Source: Catajapyx aquilonaris (Eukaryota). Taken from it: 32,531 nt of DNA. The notes below the pieces were generated by a model that worked only from the letters and a program-made list of their open reading frames with translations, ran no database searches and was not told where the DNA came from. Position 1 is the stretch's first letter. Every line of letters begins with the position of its first letter. A program made the translations under genes and the position numbers. The stretch is from the NCBI GenBank assembly GCA_000934665.2, contig JYFJ02004382.1:1-32531 (forward strand). Reading direction: 5' to 3'. Shown here piece after piece: positions 20,338 through 32,531 of the stretch.

Positions 20338-23300
20338 TGTTGGGTAAATAAAAATAAGGAAAGATCTTGGTTACATTATAATATTACAGATGTTATAATA
20401 ATTGTTGGTCACACGATTAAAAGAAGGGACAACCTAATGCCACCAAGATGCTCGACATGTGTGAGCATTAGGTCAATGCCAATATTTTAGACATCTTATA
20501 TTCACATGTCTTCTCATGATGAATGTGGAAAAGGAAACATTAAGAAGGCAATGTTTAGCAAATGTAATTTTAAATCCCCATGTACCCAGTTACTGTTCGT
20601 TATTCCAGGTTCTGTTCATTAGTATATCATCTCCTGCAATGTTGGCATCTGCATTGACCAGCATGACTACAGCTTACAAGTTAGCAAAACAGCTTAGCAG
20701 CCAGTTACACTATTTTTTTAAATGCTTTCCCCTGTCCCTCTCCGGTATGTAGCTATCAGCCTGCATTCTAAGGACTGTGGATGACACTATGTTTTATTCA
20801 CCCTGGGTATAGGCCTACTATACCAGGCAGAAAGGGTGGGACAACTTGCTGCAAGTAGTTTGATTTATTGGAAGAACTTAGTGAATCAAATGCATGAGAC
20901 GATGAGACATTATAACTGGTAGCAGGTGTGCCAGAGGCATGCAACTACCCTGATCCATTCCTGTGAAGTGTGAACCCTTGATGTTTTTGCTACCAGTCAT
21001 TGAAATATTTTTGCTTCGAATAGTAACGCAGTAATAAGAGTGTCAGTTCTGGGGAAAGGAAGTGAATTTCCCATATTAATATTGTCTGCTTCCTGTTAGT
21101 GGGAAAACACAATGCTTCATAGATACAACTGAACTCATTTCTCATTGCTAATAAACAGTTAGCAGTCATGTAAGCTGCAGTAGCTGCATGTGGTACAGTT
21201 GTTGACCAAGAACTTCACAGAATCAATAGTGTTGCTTCCTTTGGTTTTATTGGCTCACAGGGGAGATGCACAGAACAGTAGAAAGGTTATGTGTATAAGG
21301 GGGCTTGGACAAACATGTTTATGACACCAGAACAGTGATGTTTCATCAAAATGCAGGTTGCCCATAGTCAAAATGCACAAAAGCCTTGGTAAGACACACA
21401 TGGAAGAAGCTGCAATGTACCATGCAGTTTCCTGGTGGGCATGGACATTACAAAGTGGCAGGCACCATCTGAAGCCAGGCCACAGTAACCAATAATAGCA
21501 AACACCATATAGTTTCTATGGAGAACTCATTGGACTCGAGATAAAATACTGTCCTCTCACGCTGTATGTATTTGCATACGGTGACAAGGAAGTTATGGGT
21601 AAACCGCTAACAGCATCCTGGTGCTTGTGTTGTGATGCTTCTGCTCTGCCACCTTGGATCATTTTCATCCAACAAGAAATTAATTAGGCTAAGGAGTGTA
21701 GACCCTTGTATCACAATCTACCAATCCAGTAAGCATGTTCATGGCTGTCCCCGCCACTTACACAAGCCACCACCAAACTATGACTCATTCACATATATAC
21801 CGAGAGCTTGCATATACCAATAAAGCTGATAATTGGCCCTGTTTTCTGGCAGTCTTGCAGACTGAGGGAGCTGACAAGCAGAACTGCAATTTGGTCAACA
21901 TCCCTGGAAATTCTCAATACCATGCAACGTAAACTCACCTGATGTGGACTGCGCTGGTCATCTTGGTCAAAGCATCAGCCTGACTCACAGGAAATCAACG
22001 TGAAGCAACAGATGTGTCCCAGTCCATGTCCAACGGCGCCTTCACTGGTGGGCACACTGCCTCCTGCGAAGTCCTGGACAGGCGACAGTAAGAGTCTCCG
22101 ACCCCTGAGATTTCTCAATGACACACCCACCTGCTTGTCCTTTTCCAGTAGTCCGGACGCGGAAAGTGCGAGATGCTGGGACGATCGTCTCTTCCTCCAT
22201 GTTTGAAAACCGCCACGTGTGAATTGGGGGGTGGAGGGGGGAGTGGGGAAAGCGTGGGGGGAGGGGGAAGGGAGGAGGGGTTGCCCCTGCAAGCAGTGCC
22301 TCCAGGCGGAAGTTGCAACACGTTCGCGGGACATTCCTCACGTATGATTGCGTCACTACTCCACATTCGGTGAGTCATCACATATTAAAACCAGAGAAAT
22401 AATTTACCTGAAGTACATGTGGCGTAACAGAGGCTTGCGTGGGGGATGTAGAAATACTTCGCACATTTCCATCACTCTAATCAGGCATCACCAAAGCTGA
22501 TTCGGAAGAATCTCCAGTCCAAAAACCCCTCGAATATAGAATATATGCAAAATTCACATGCACAGCATTCAAATATCACGCCTCGAGTATTGCTAGTCGA
22601 ATGTAGGTCTCATGGGGTGAATACCTGAAGGTGGATTGGCTACGACTAGCTCTACATCAAGCCTACCCGTACGGTGACTTAATGTAGACCCGGCGTACCA
22701 CACCTCGGGTAGCAGATCCCCATGGGGACTTCATTTGCTTCCACGCGTTTCACTTTTTACATACCTGCATTTAGCACCTCTACTATTTGAAACTCGCTCT
22801 CGACCAAATAGTTGATCGAATGACCCTGCCAATTGTTGCCTATCTATTCTGAAGAAACCCAAAATTGTTCAGAGCCCATATTATCAGATAATTTTTTAAA
22901 CGTTCACATTCCGTCTGTAAATTAGAATTTCCACGGACGAGTAATGTTAGCAAAACGAGGATTGTTACAGGTGGGCCACCTTTAAAAAAAAACACTAATA
23001 ACCCACCTTATATAAAACCCACTAAAAAGTAAAAATCCACCTTGACTCTTTCAGTTTTTCATCCTAATGTTGAAATTTATAAAAGTATTCGTACTGTGGA
23101 GTATGTTGGTAAAAAAAAAAAAGAAAAAAATCGAAAACGTGAAGCACAGGCTGCTGGCAGCATCACCAAAAAAGTCACTACGACCGTACGACGTTTGCCA
23201 CAAGAAACTGGGTATTCTGTTTTTACCTGCCAAAAGGCCGCGCATGGGGATATTTGAAGAGTTGTGCTTACAGGGGACGCCTGACTTACCGCCAAAACAG

Positions 23301-24069
23301 GTCTGCCCACTGATTCAATCTGAGACTGAGAATATTCAGAAAGCTGTCACTGCTTATGGAAAAGTCGTTATATAAGCTGCTACTTTCAGCCCCACTTTCT
23401 AACAATAGCGCCATTTTGGATCCGGATCTAGAAACATGATTTTCAGCGGATTGAGCCTAATAACAGCTTAGAGTAACCCCTTGCCACTAACTCGAATCTT
23501 CTATAACTCGAAGTTTTTTCCTGTCCCATGGAGATTCGACTTATAGACGTTTTACAAGTTCTTTGGGGGGACTACCTAGTGAAACACCATGTATTTGATG
23601 AACAATATTTTCGCACATTTCTGCTCATTATGGCGACATTATGATACCACTTGTGTGGTTCAATTTCAAAACCCAGAATGTCCACCACGGGCAGAAATTG
23701 AGTTGACAATCGAGTGACAATCTTCAAGACAAGCTCTACACTGTCTACAGCATGTGCTAACAGTTCTGTTCAAACTGCCAATTAGTGTCATATTTTGTAA
23801 TCTCCCAAAAATGAGGTTCTCAAACCAAGTGTAGTTTGTACTCCATGTGTGCTAATTCAAATGGCCAATAAGAGCAGTGCGTGGGTTGTCAACAAAGAAG
23901 ATTCTACTGTGTCTATCTCCATTCAGGGAAGCTCACTGCTATTGTCCTTCTACGGTGACTGCCTCATCAAATTTGGTGTCCAGATAAGGGATTTATTTAC
24001 TGGAAAATAATTCACCCAAAAATATGAGGGAGGAAATGAACCAAGGCGATTATGTAGGAATATATTACA

Positions 24070-24345
24070 GTACCTTCATGTTTAACAAGTCACCACCAGC
24101 ACTGAGACAATTGTTCCCCTGATGAACTAGCCTGGTGATGCCATTCTCATAGAAGTCCATTGGTTGCTGCGTTAGACTTACAGTTAGTGTAACTGCAACT
24201 TGGATGTCAGTATCCGACGCAAATCTTCAGCTGCTTCTTCAACCCACAGAAAATGTGAAAGTCACAAGGAGAAAGGCCTGGGCTGTATGGATGGTGTGCA
24301 AGACTTTCCCACTTGAACTTCCTTGCATTTCCACGAACCACATCA
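24070..24345 (-). mobile_element. mariner transposase C-terminal remnant; the element probably extends to ~24600
   Basis: KFKWESLAHHPYSPGLSPCDFHIFCGLKKQL (HPPYSPDLAPxD motif) followed by FYENGITRLVHQGNNCLSAGGD (FYxxGIxxLxxRWxKC-like). Confidence 0.85.
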
Positions 24346-24626
24346 GCCTTTTCAGGAAGCGCCTTGTCGACAATAACCCTCGGTGCTTGTTCGTGATTCC
24401 CAATGCTGGAGTCGGAACGGGGCCCAGTCATGGAGGGGCAGCACAGACACGCTCTCCAAGTTCAGCATGTTCGACCAGTAATGGAACCACAAAAAGTCTG
24501 AGGCTGACATCCAGGAGGATGTTGGGTCAGAAGTGCATAATGATTTAGTATGGTTGACAAATGGGCTGAAATTCGTACACTGTAGGCTACTTAGGAACTA
24601 ATGTGTGCCAAGTAGTTCCCACAGTT

Positions 24627-24705
24627 CATCATCATAATCATCATCATCATTATCTTCTTCTTCTTCACGGCGTTTCCCAAACAGATATGGGGTTGCCAGC
24701 GGATA
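24627..24705 (-). mobile_element. 3' tail of a LINE/SINE with GAA/GAT microsatellite end; related tail on + strand at ~29050-29113
   Basis: Both loci share CCGCTGGCNACCCC...GCCGTGAAG immediately followed by a (GAA)/(GAT)n tract. Confidence 0.55.
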
Positions 24706-25420
24706 TTGAAGAGGAGGTCCTCAATATCCTCGTATGACCAAATACATAATTATACAAAAAAATAAAATCTGAAGCCTGGTCAGGTACTCGCAGATAATAA
24801 TAATAATTTTAAAAAAGCAGTACAATCTGGATAATATAAATACAACAACTCAAGCTATAAGCCACTATAAGGGGCTATAACAGCATTTTGTTTATGGGCT
24901 CTCAACAATCTATTATTATTTCTTGGGGTGTATTGTGCCTAATTCCCTTGCTAATTCCTGTACTGAATAATTTAACCATGTTTAACGTTACAACAGTTTA
25001 TTTTGGTTTCAGGGAATGAACAAATGTTGCCAGCTATAAGATTTAGTCGAACGACAAGATGAATCCCTCGTGGAAGATGTAGAGCTGGATTGTGCCAAGA
25101 GCTGCGGACTCCATCTCCTGACACCTCCAGGCAGCAGACTCCTCACTTCTAGAATGATATAATTACAGTTTTTACTCTCAGGAAAGTTAATAATAATTAT
25201 TTTATTTTACAATTTAACTATAACCACCAAAATACTTCTGAGTACCGGTAGTTTTTAATGATTTCTCCCACTAAAATACACCAACAAAAAATTAAACTGC
25301 CCATAAGGTTCTTCAGTTGACGTTAAGGGACATTCAGGTAATAATGAGTAGATACCCATTTTATTAAATCATTAGCATCTGTTCTTGCAGAATAGCTAAC
25401 TACAGTATGCATGCTACTTT

Positions 25421-26240
25421 TATACACTACTTGTGTAATACCCGGAAAAAGAAGACATGTCCAATTTCATGTACTGTGTAAATTGTATACAATGAGTTCT
25501 GCTATTATATAATATAATACCTAGAGGAGGTACTCCCTATTTCCATTAGACAGGCTGAGGCAGCGGCCATCTTGTTGGAGGTAATATTGTTGTTCTAACA
25601 GTTGTCTAGCAACTGGGACAACAACCAATAATGACAGCTGGGCGACAATTAGTTCAATAATGTCAGGCGTCCGCCATCTTGTTGGAGGTAATATTGTTGC
25701 CTGCATTGTTGCCTGCCTCACATTTCAGCCCAAGTGCCTCCTCTAGGTATTATATTATATAATAGCAGAACTCTTTGATTGTATATCACCTTGGTCACAC
25801 TCACCCACATGTAACCATCGTTTCATCAATCATATGATTTTGTAAACAAGGTTTTGAAATAAAAGGACTGCACCAGGGCAAATTGAGTCAGTTGAGTCTG
25901 AGCACTCAAGGAGTACGGTCCTCTCGAACCTTGCTCCAATAACAGTTGTTAACCCCTGACTTGACCTGTCCTAGGTGCAGTCCTTTTATTTCAAAACCTT
26001 GTTTACTAAATCATATGATTGATGAAACGATGGTTACATGTGGGTGAGTGTGACCAAGGTCAACACCCCAGTCAGTGACCAGCTGCTCATGTGATCAGTC
26101 GCAAGGCTGGGTGTTCCTGGTCCATCGTGGCTCAAACACCGTCTCCTGGGATATGATTGATGACCATGGTGATATACAATATATTTACACAGTACATGAA
26201 ATTTGACATGTCTTCTTTTTCCGGGTATTACACTTGTATA
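25421..26240. repeat. foldback element: ~160-bp inverted arms around a ~100-bp loop, each arm interrupted by a different insertion
   Basis: 25433-25489 plus 25786-25874 is the reverse complement of 25974-26060 plus ~26171-26233, with few mismatches. Confidence 0.85.
25490..25777. mobile_element. 288-bp MITE, P-superfamily-like
   Basis: 41-bp TIRs CAAWGAGTTCTGCTATTATATAATATAATACCTAGAGGAGG (1 mismatch); perfect 8-bp TSD ATTGTATA at 25482-25489 and 25778-25785; the opposite foldback arm shows the empty site. Confidence 0.9.
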
Positions 26241-26330
26241 ATACAGTCTGTGTGGGGGCATAGATGGAAGAAGCGAGTAAATGTAATACAGTATAATAGC
26301 CATAACTGAAACACAATACGTTAAGGTATA

Positions 26331-26448
26331 TAGTCTGGTGACCCCGGGTAGCTTGCCCCCTTGGGTAACTGGTTGTTTACTGCTATCCTTTACATATGTT
26401 GCCATGGTGATTTGCCCGTGGGCAAATTTTCCCGGGGTCACCAGACTA
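26331..26448. mobile_element. 118-bp MITE-like element
   Basis: Perfect 18-bp inverted repeats TAGTCTGGTGACCCCGGG / CCCGGGGTCACCAGACTA; no clear TSD. Confidence 0.65.
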
Positions 26449-26666
26449 GGGGCCTAAATGCAGTTGAAGACCTGATTGCATCAGAGTCACATTTTGGTAG
26501 AAAGACTAGAAACTAAGTCATGCATGGTGTTACATAATTATTGTCCTTGACAGGTACTTTCTGATCAAAGTTAGCTTCCTGCTAGAGCAATATTACAGTA
26601 TAGTCCCTTAGACAGACCTTGAAAACCCCTAAAATTCTTCAATTTCGAAATCAGTTATTGTACTAG

Positions 26667-26806
26667 CTATCGGGTTCAAATAGTTCCTGCCACTTTATTC
26701 TGGTCTTGAAGCAACCCTTCAAACACACACCTACTCACCCTGGGGCCTGTGCGAAGGGTTACTTCAAGAACAGGATAAAGTGGCCGGAACTATTTGAACC
26801 CAATAG
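26667..26806. mobile_element. hairpin MITE of the same family as 10554-10707
   Basis: CTATCGGGTTCAAATAGTTCC...GGAACTATTTGAACCCAATAG inverted termini and shared core. Confidence 0.8.
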
Positions 26807-27296
26807 TACTTAATTGTGACCCTGATCATTCTGCATTTTAGGTATTCATTTGCAATATAATTATTATACTCAACCACTGGGTATTTATGACAGCAGACAC
26901 CTACAATATATTTGCAAGACGTTTTGCAGATTTATTACGAAGCTTATTCTGCCAGGCAGGGGGGGAGTGGCCGTCCCCTGCCTCTATATGTGAAGGGAGA
27001 TGCATCATTTTTCAAAAGTACGGCAGTATTATCTGTATTATTTTGTAGTCTGATGATGACATAATCTAAGGGCAGGGAGCATAGAACTCAGTCAGTGAAG
27101 CTGGTCGGATTGCTCTTGTTATTATTGTTGGTCAGTTTTTGTCAACAAATGCAATATAAGGCGTGTTTTGGGAGGGGGGGGGGGGGNNNNNNNNNTCCAA
27201 CAAAAGGGCAACACCCCCCCCCCCCCCCAAACTAGTGCTAATTACCAACTGGCCAATATTAAGTAAATCGTGGTCAGTACATACCTGAGTCCAAGT

Positions 27297-27581
27297 CTAC
27301 CTCAGCCGCACATGGAAGCCGGGCGGGATCCACTCAACACGAAAGGTGACACGATCACGGTAGTATGGATTGTCCCATCGGTGGTTGTACCCTATGTTCA
27401 CATGACCTCCTTCATTGTCCTCCTCCTCCTCACTGGAATCTTCATACTCATAGTCCACTTCCTGAGGTTCTTCTGCGGCGACGAACTCGTCCCTGCTGGG
27501 GGTCATGGTCCAGATCCAGCGCCGGATGATGTCAATCAACTGAGAATATGCGGTAGAAATTAGCCTAGAAATGAACGCCAT
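27297..27581 (-). CDS. possible 94-aa acidic small protein or first exon; unknown function
   Basis: ATG-started ORF MAFISRL...EEPQEVDYEYEDSSEEEEDNE...HVRLR*, GC-richer than its surroundings; splice-donor-like CAG|GTATGT ~16 nt after the stop. Confidence 0.3.
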   Translation of the reverse strand: MAFISRLISTAYSQLIDIIRRWIWTMTPSRDEFVAAEEPQEVDYEYEDSSEEEEDNEGGHVNIGYNHRWDNPYYRDRVTFRVEWIPPGFHVRLR

Positions 27582-27743
27582 TGAAATAAATTATGACCAA
27601 TTTCGACTGTGTCTGTCCGCCGAGCGACATTCATTTGTTTAGAACAATCAAAATGCCAACAGCAAGAGTGTTTAAAATTTACAACGGTCGTCAACACTGT
27701 TGGCATTCTTGCCCCTCAGAGCAGGCCTAACTAGTCCGATTTA

Positions 27744-27805
<62 letters not shown>
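27744..27805. repeat. (TAC)n microsatellite, ~20 units
   Basis: Read directly from the sequence. Confidence 0.97.
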
Positions 27806-28026
27806 AAAAGCCTTGCCTATAGTCTCATCAGGAACAGACACAGCGCATGCGCCGCGCCCTATTATACGTCACTACGGCGGGAGGTATGACGATGACGTCA
27901 CATGCGAAGGCTCAGTGGTGGCGAGCTGTGGCGAGGGGGGGGGGGGGGGGGGGGGGGNGGGGGGGCGAGGGAGGCGGTAATTCAAATACAGCTGGCAGCA
28001 GCCTTCTACGTCACTGCTCCATGACT

Positions 28027-28498
28027 TTATAATTGATATTAAGGAGGTTGGCCCAGTATTGCCTTTCAACCTCCAAGGATGTAGGGAAGGAAGGAAGCGG
28101 CTGTGGCCTATTATACGGAAGCGACCCCGGAATTATCCTAGAAAGACCGTGGAAAACCAAAGAAACCCACGGTCAGGGTTGCCGGCCCCGGGATTCGAAC
28201 CCAGGACCTCCCGATTAGCAGTCGGACGCCCTATCCACTATGCCAACCTGCTTCGGTCTCTGCTCCATGACTTTATATTTGATATTTAAGGAGGTTGGCC
28301 CAGCATTTGCCATTCAACCTCCAAGGATAGGGAAGGAAGGAAGCGGCTGTGGCCTATTATATGGAAGCGACCCCGGAATTATCCTAGAAAGACCGTGGAA
28401 AACCACAGAAAACCACGGTCAAGGTTGCCGGCCCCGGGATTCGAACCCAGGACCTCCCGATTAGCAGTCGGACGCCTTATCCACTATGCCAACCTGCT
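28027..28498 (-). mobile_element. two head-to-tail tRNA-derived SINE copies (~28027-28259 and ~28273-28498)
   Basis: Minus strand A box TGGCATAGTGG, anticodon-like stem TCCGA-CTGCTAA-TCGGG, B box GGTTCGAATCC; the two units are near-identical; CTGCTCCATGACT at all three junctions. Confidence 0.88.
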
Positions 28499-31400
28499 CC
28501 ATGACTGTGAAGTACCTATTAGGGCTAGAAATATGCCATGCATACCAAATGAAAGCTCTATTCAAGCTCCGTCTAATGAGGTGCATGTCCATCGGAGATT
28601 TTGAGCGGGGAATCACTTGTAAAATTACTTACCAGTGCATTTTTTGTCATGCAGATATTAAAAAGCAAACAGAAAGTAATGGTTTGATTACTTCCTTACA
28701 GTTTTCAGGACATTGCAGCAGGTTAGGAAAATACTTGTTCACATGTTCAGCTGCTTATAAAAACTCAGGTTTATTGTTTCATATTGCTTCTTATTATACA
28801 GCAGCGCATTAGTGTGATCAGTGACCAGCTGCTCATGTGATCAGTCGCAAGGGTGGGTGTTCCTGCTCCAACATCGCCTGCGTTCAGCTGCTCACCTGTT
28901 GTTTATATTTGTATGAGTGTATGTTTTGTGTGTATGGGTGTTCATGTCATTGATATTACATTCATCCCCTTCATTAACCCCTTGCGGGGCCTGACCATCC
29001 ACCAGAGGCTTCATTTTGTAGGTAATACGAGGAGGACAGGTGTAACCTGGATTCCGCTGGCTACCCCTACACGTGATTATGCCGTGAAGTCGATGATGAT
29101 GATGATGATGATGTATATGATGTATTAGTGTGTTATTCTATTCTATTATTTCAGTCAGTTGTAACAATTTTTTCTGGACCTCAGGTGCTGGATCACGATG
29201 TGCAAGTGTTTGTGCTGACTCGATCAAGTGGTTGTATCTGTGAAAAATTACCACTGTGCATGGGTTTTCCTTAAATTCTTCCAAGTGCTCTCCTGAAATA
29301 CATAAAAGGGACTTAGAGCCATTCACACACTCTGGTTGATTGTAGGCTACTAAATGCTATCAAAAGCCTATGCATCAAAAGAGAGGTTTCTATTGGCTCA
29401 AAGGCATGTGTGTCAAGACATAAAAATTCCATGAACTTTCAAAACCTCTCCTTTGACCATAGCTGATCGAACTACAGCAATTCTGTGACAAGTTGGATAT
29501 GTCGCTGACATGGGATTGGCTGGTAGTCTCACATAAATACTGAAATTCAATGATCATGGCAGTTAGGTAGTTGAATCGTGGATGCAGGCCTGACCCATTC
29601 TGGAGTCAGAAGAATATTGGAAATTTGTAGGCCTATACTATGGCTGTAACATATTTTAGTTGTTATTTAAATTGTTTGAGTTTTGTAAACTGTCATTGTC
29701 ACATACGCCTATGTGGGGTGCTCTCATGGTGCTCTCCCCTCGACTATCTGATTCAGCCAACAGTCGACTAGGTCTGAATATTATTCACATTCACTGAGCC
29801 TTACTGGCCTCCTAAGAACTCATTGAAACACCTTCCATCTCGACTCTGCTCGTCATTTTTGGAATGCTCTTAATCCTGGTCAGCCCTGGTCAGGGATCAA
29901 GGTTGACTGTAGTGACGCGTCACTTAACCCTATGATGTGGAGTTGAACTGCTATTATGCATATGAACAGGAGGTCAATCCCTTATCATCATGCCAACCAT
30001 AACTCACCCTGGATTCCAAAATTCATTGTGTACACAGGCCTACGAGCCCTTACTGCATGCAACTCCACCTCCCTCTGCCTCCTCCATTTTTGCCCAACTT
30101 CCAACTTATCATCATATTCCTATGTAAAATGTAATTAATAATATTTATGTAAAAATGTAGCATATTTCCAGGTCAACTTTTACCCCTAGCATATGCTGCA
30201 TAAGTCATGGGAGCAACTTACGGTGCCATGGTGGGTTTGCCAATCGTCAGCCTCAATTGTGCCTGGCACTGGCAGCTTGTATATTTTTGCGAACCACTCT
30301 TTCCAGGCTTAGGCAGCACATTGGCAGCGATAGCCAACCTGGAAAGGAAGTAAAGTGAATTGGAAATTGGGCAAAATTAAGGAGTGCGCTATAAAAACCA
30401 CTCGCTTCACTCGTTTTTTTCTAGGCCTACGGCCTGCAGTGCCTACCATATTTCTAATCGCTTTGGATTTATAGCCAATGATGATGTCCATCCCCCAATC
30501 ATTTGCATACACCCCCACCCGTTCCTCCGTGCATTCACATATCCCTGATTCCGTACCCTGAGTCCCATCTGCAATCCCACCTTTGCTTTGCATTGGCTGG
30601 GAAATATGCATTTTCCCACCTCAACATACCAATACCTTTTGAATTTAAACAAAAAACAAAAAAAACAATTATTGTATGAACAGAAATTCACAACCTACAG
30701 CGCTTCCCAAACTTGAGCTCTCGAACGTGTTTGGGGACGTGACCATCAGGAGGGTAACAAATTATTTTTTACAAAATGATTATGATTAACTGTAACATGC
30801 ATGAAAGCAGTAAACGATGACATGCTATTGTGGCTAAATTATAAGTGACTAAAACCGATTATTCTCACTGGTTTTGAGATGAATCGGGTACACCCCGTAT
30901 TTTCCACAAAACACTGAGCCATAATTACAAAAAAAAGCACTTTTTGATTCTTGTCACTGCTGAAGTTCATCTTGGAGTTGGCATGCCTAAGGATCCAGTT
31001 TGCGCATCGTCAGTGGCAGCAAGCGCCATAAGTAATAACAAAGGCTAAAGCCCACCCAGAGTGAGGCTAAAGAAGAGAACCCCAGGATAGCAACTAGCAA
31101 GTTTACCTGAACTCTTCTGAAACCTCTTTGAAAACTTTTTCTCCTTGCCTTCCTTGCCGCCCGTCTTTCCAAACGAAGCATTTTATTCCAACATGTTGCT
31201 GCAGGGCGGCCTTACAACTTGGGCCACAGATGGGGAAGATCACTGCAACTTCTCAACGCCTTAATTATCCGAGAAGCTGCCTCTGTACAGAGACCGTGAG
31301 GGAATCTTGGCAGGCAAAAGGACTTTTCTGACTTTTCCTCTTGGTACAGGGCGTTTCAGACATGACGGGAGATCACGGTACGGGGCTTTGAAGTTAATGC

Positions 31401-31674
31401 AGCTTCTAGGACACAGCCCAGCGAGCAAAATGGGGCCGAGATACTTTCATTACTCCATTTAGATACGCTTGTTTTCACATCTGCCATTACATCTTAATTA
31501 CAAAAGCTAGTAAATCTGCAATAAATCATGTTTTTCTGACTAGAAAATATAACCAGAAAATCTATTGATAGGAAGCTGTACAGCAGGTGGGAGTTAATTA
31601 GCTATTTTATTGCGGCCAGTACTGTATACCTGAGGGTTGAAAGTCGTTTCGTTATTAGCTTCGAGAATGGCTGT

Positions 31675-31806
31675 TCCTTTGAAGGTGGCCTAATTTGCAA
31701 GCTAATATTTAATTGCGATTGTGTGTGATTATAGCTAGATTCCTTTGAAGGTGGCCTAATTTGCAAGCTAATATTTAATTGCGATTGTGTGTGATTATAG
31801 CTAGAT
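31675..31806. repeat. perfect 66-bp tandem duplication
   Basis: TCCTTTGAAGGTGGCC...ATAGCTAGAT at 31675-31740 and again at 31741-31806. Confidence 0.95.
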
Positions 31807-32531
31807 GAATAAGTTGGAAAGACGACCCCGTAAGGTCGTGCTCCATAATCTGGCCGAAAATTAAGGCCAAGGCCAAAACTTTTTTAGGGGCAATTTCTTT
31901 TTTCACAGCCAGAGAGTCATTCTCCGCTTTCCATCCTCGCAAATCAAATTCCGATTTAATTTTCCCGCTTCCGAATTATTTCTTTTCTCTTTTCAAAGAG
32001 GGTTCAATTGTGTTCTCAGGGGTTGCTGGAAGAAAAAGACCCTGCTACAGAGAGCCAGGTAATTACACAGAACCTCCTCTTTCTTTTCCCCCAGCTTTTT
32101 TGGGGGGGATGGCCGGGTCTATTTCGCCTAGACGAAATGAGGCTGGCCTATTCTTTTCCTAAAGAATGCTAACGAAGTAGCATGGCTTTGGCTAAAGGGA
32201 TTTTCTGGATGTCCTGAGGTGCCCAGAGGAAGTCGCTGAGTTATGGAAATGTAGGGGAACATGTTGCTACCACTTTTCTATTGCCAACTGGTACTTCAAA
32301 TGAGGGAAAGTTGCTGATGAAATTTATTTCGTTACGTATCGGGAATCACACTTCAACTGATAATGTTAAAAGAAGCTACTCACACTACCTATCCTTATAA
32401 AACCTATAACGTGCAGCTATGAGAGTCGCTTATAATCTAATACATATTTCTAGACGTATGTCTGTCTCTCCTGTTATTCGCTATGCAAATCCGTACGGAG
32501 GCCCCGACATATGCCCCAGGGGTTTCACTAG

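Noticed and set aside
27172..27228. Poly-G / N gap / poly-C structure (also the N at 27958)
   Set aside because: Assembly gaps in homopolymers; structure cannot be trusted
28170..28500. tRNA-Ser(GCT)-like genes on the minus strand; also the tRNA-like head at 5970-6045
   Set aside because: No convincing acceptor stem, and each is attached to a SINE body with target-site repeats, so they are SINE heads
30987..31460. GC-richer stretch with a basic plus hydrophobic 64-aa ORF
   Set aside because: Non-ATG or short frames interrupted by stops; no recognisable domain
32436..32531. Possible 5' end (A|TC) of another Helitron-like repeat
   Set aside because: Cut off by the window edge; no 3' terminus available to confirm
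1..32531. CRISPR arrays or prokaryotic operons/defence systems
   Set aside because: No repeat-spacer arrays; low coding density, SINEs, MITEs and IR genes indicate an animal genome

Overview
AT-rich, repeat-dense eukaryotic DNA, almost certainly arthropod. The left ~19 kb is a tandem/inverted cluster of intronless, divergent ionotropic receptor (IR; variant iGluR chemoreceptor) paralogues of ~625 aa. There are four near full-length copies (+1480..3354, -7175..4934, -12667..10796, +16811..~18680), a 0.4-kb fragment (-1191..808) and a 30-bp remnant (~8775), embedded in co-duplicated 5' and 3' flanks. As assembled, every copy is disabled, each by a different lesion. Copy B is a perfect 627-aa ORF split only by a tRNA-derived SINE with a 16-bp TSD. 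Copy D has a 4-bp duplication and its stop codon is replaced by a Helitron, so it lies between a Helitron 5'-TC end and a Helitron hairpin-CTAG end. The paralogues look mosaic and differ most in the ligand-binding and pore segments. Duplicated flanks supply filled/empty site pairs, including a P-like MITE and its apparent excision footprint. The right ~13 kb is mostly transposon debris (hAT and mariner remnants, a nested foldback, MITEs, tandem SINEs, LINE tails) plus one unexplained acidic 94-aa ORF. All calls come from by-eye alignment and motif recognition; no database searches were run.
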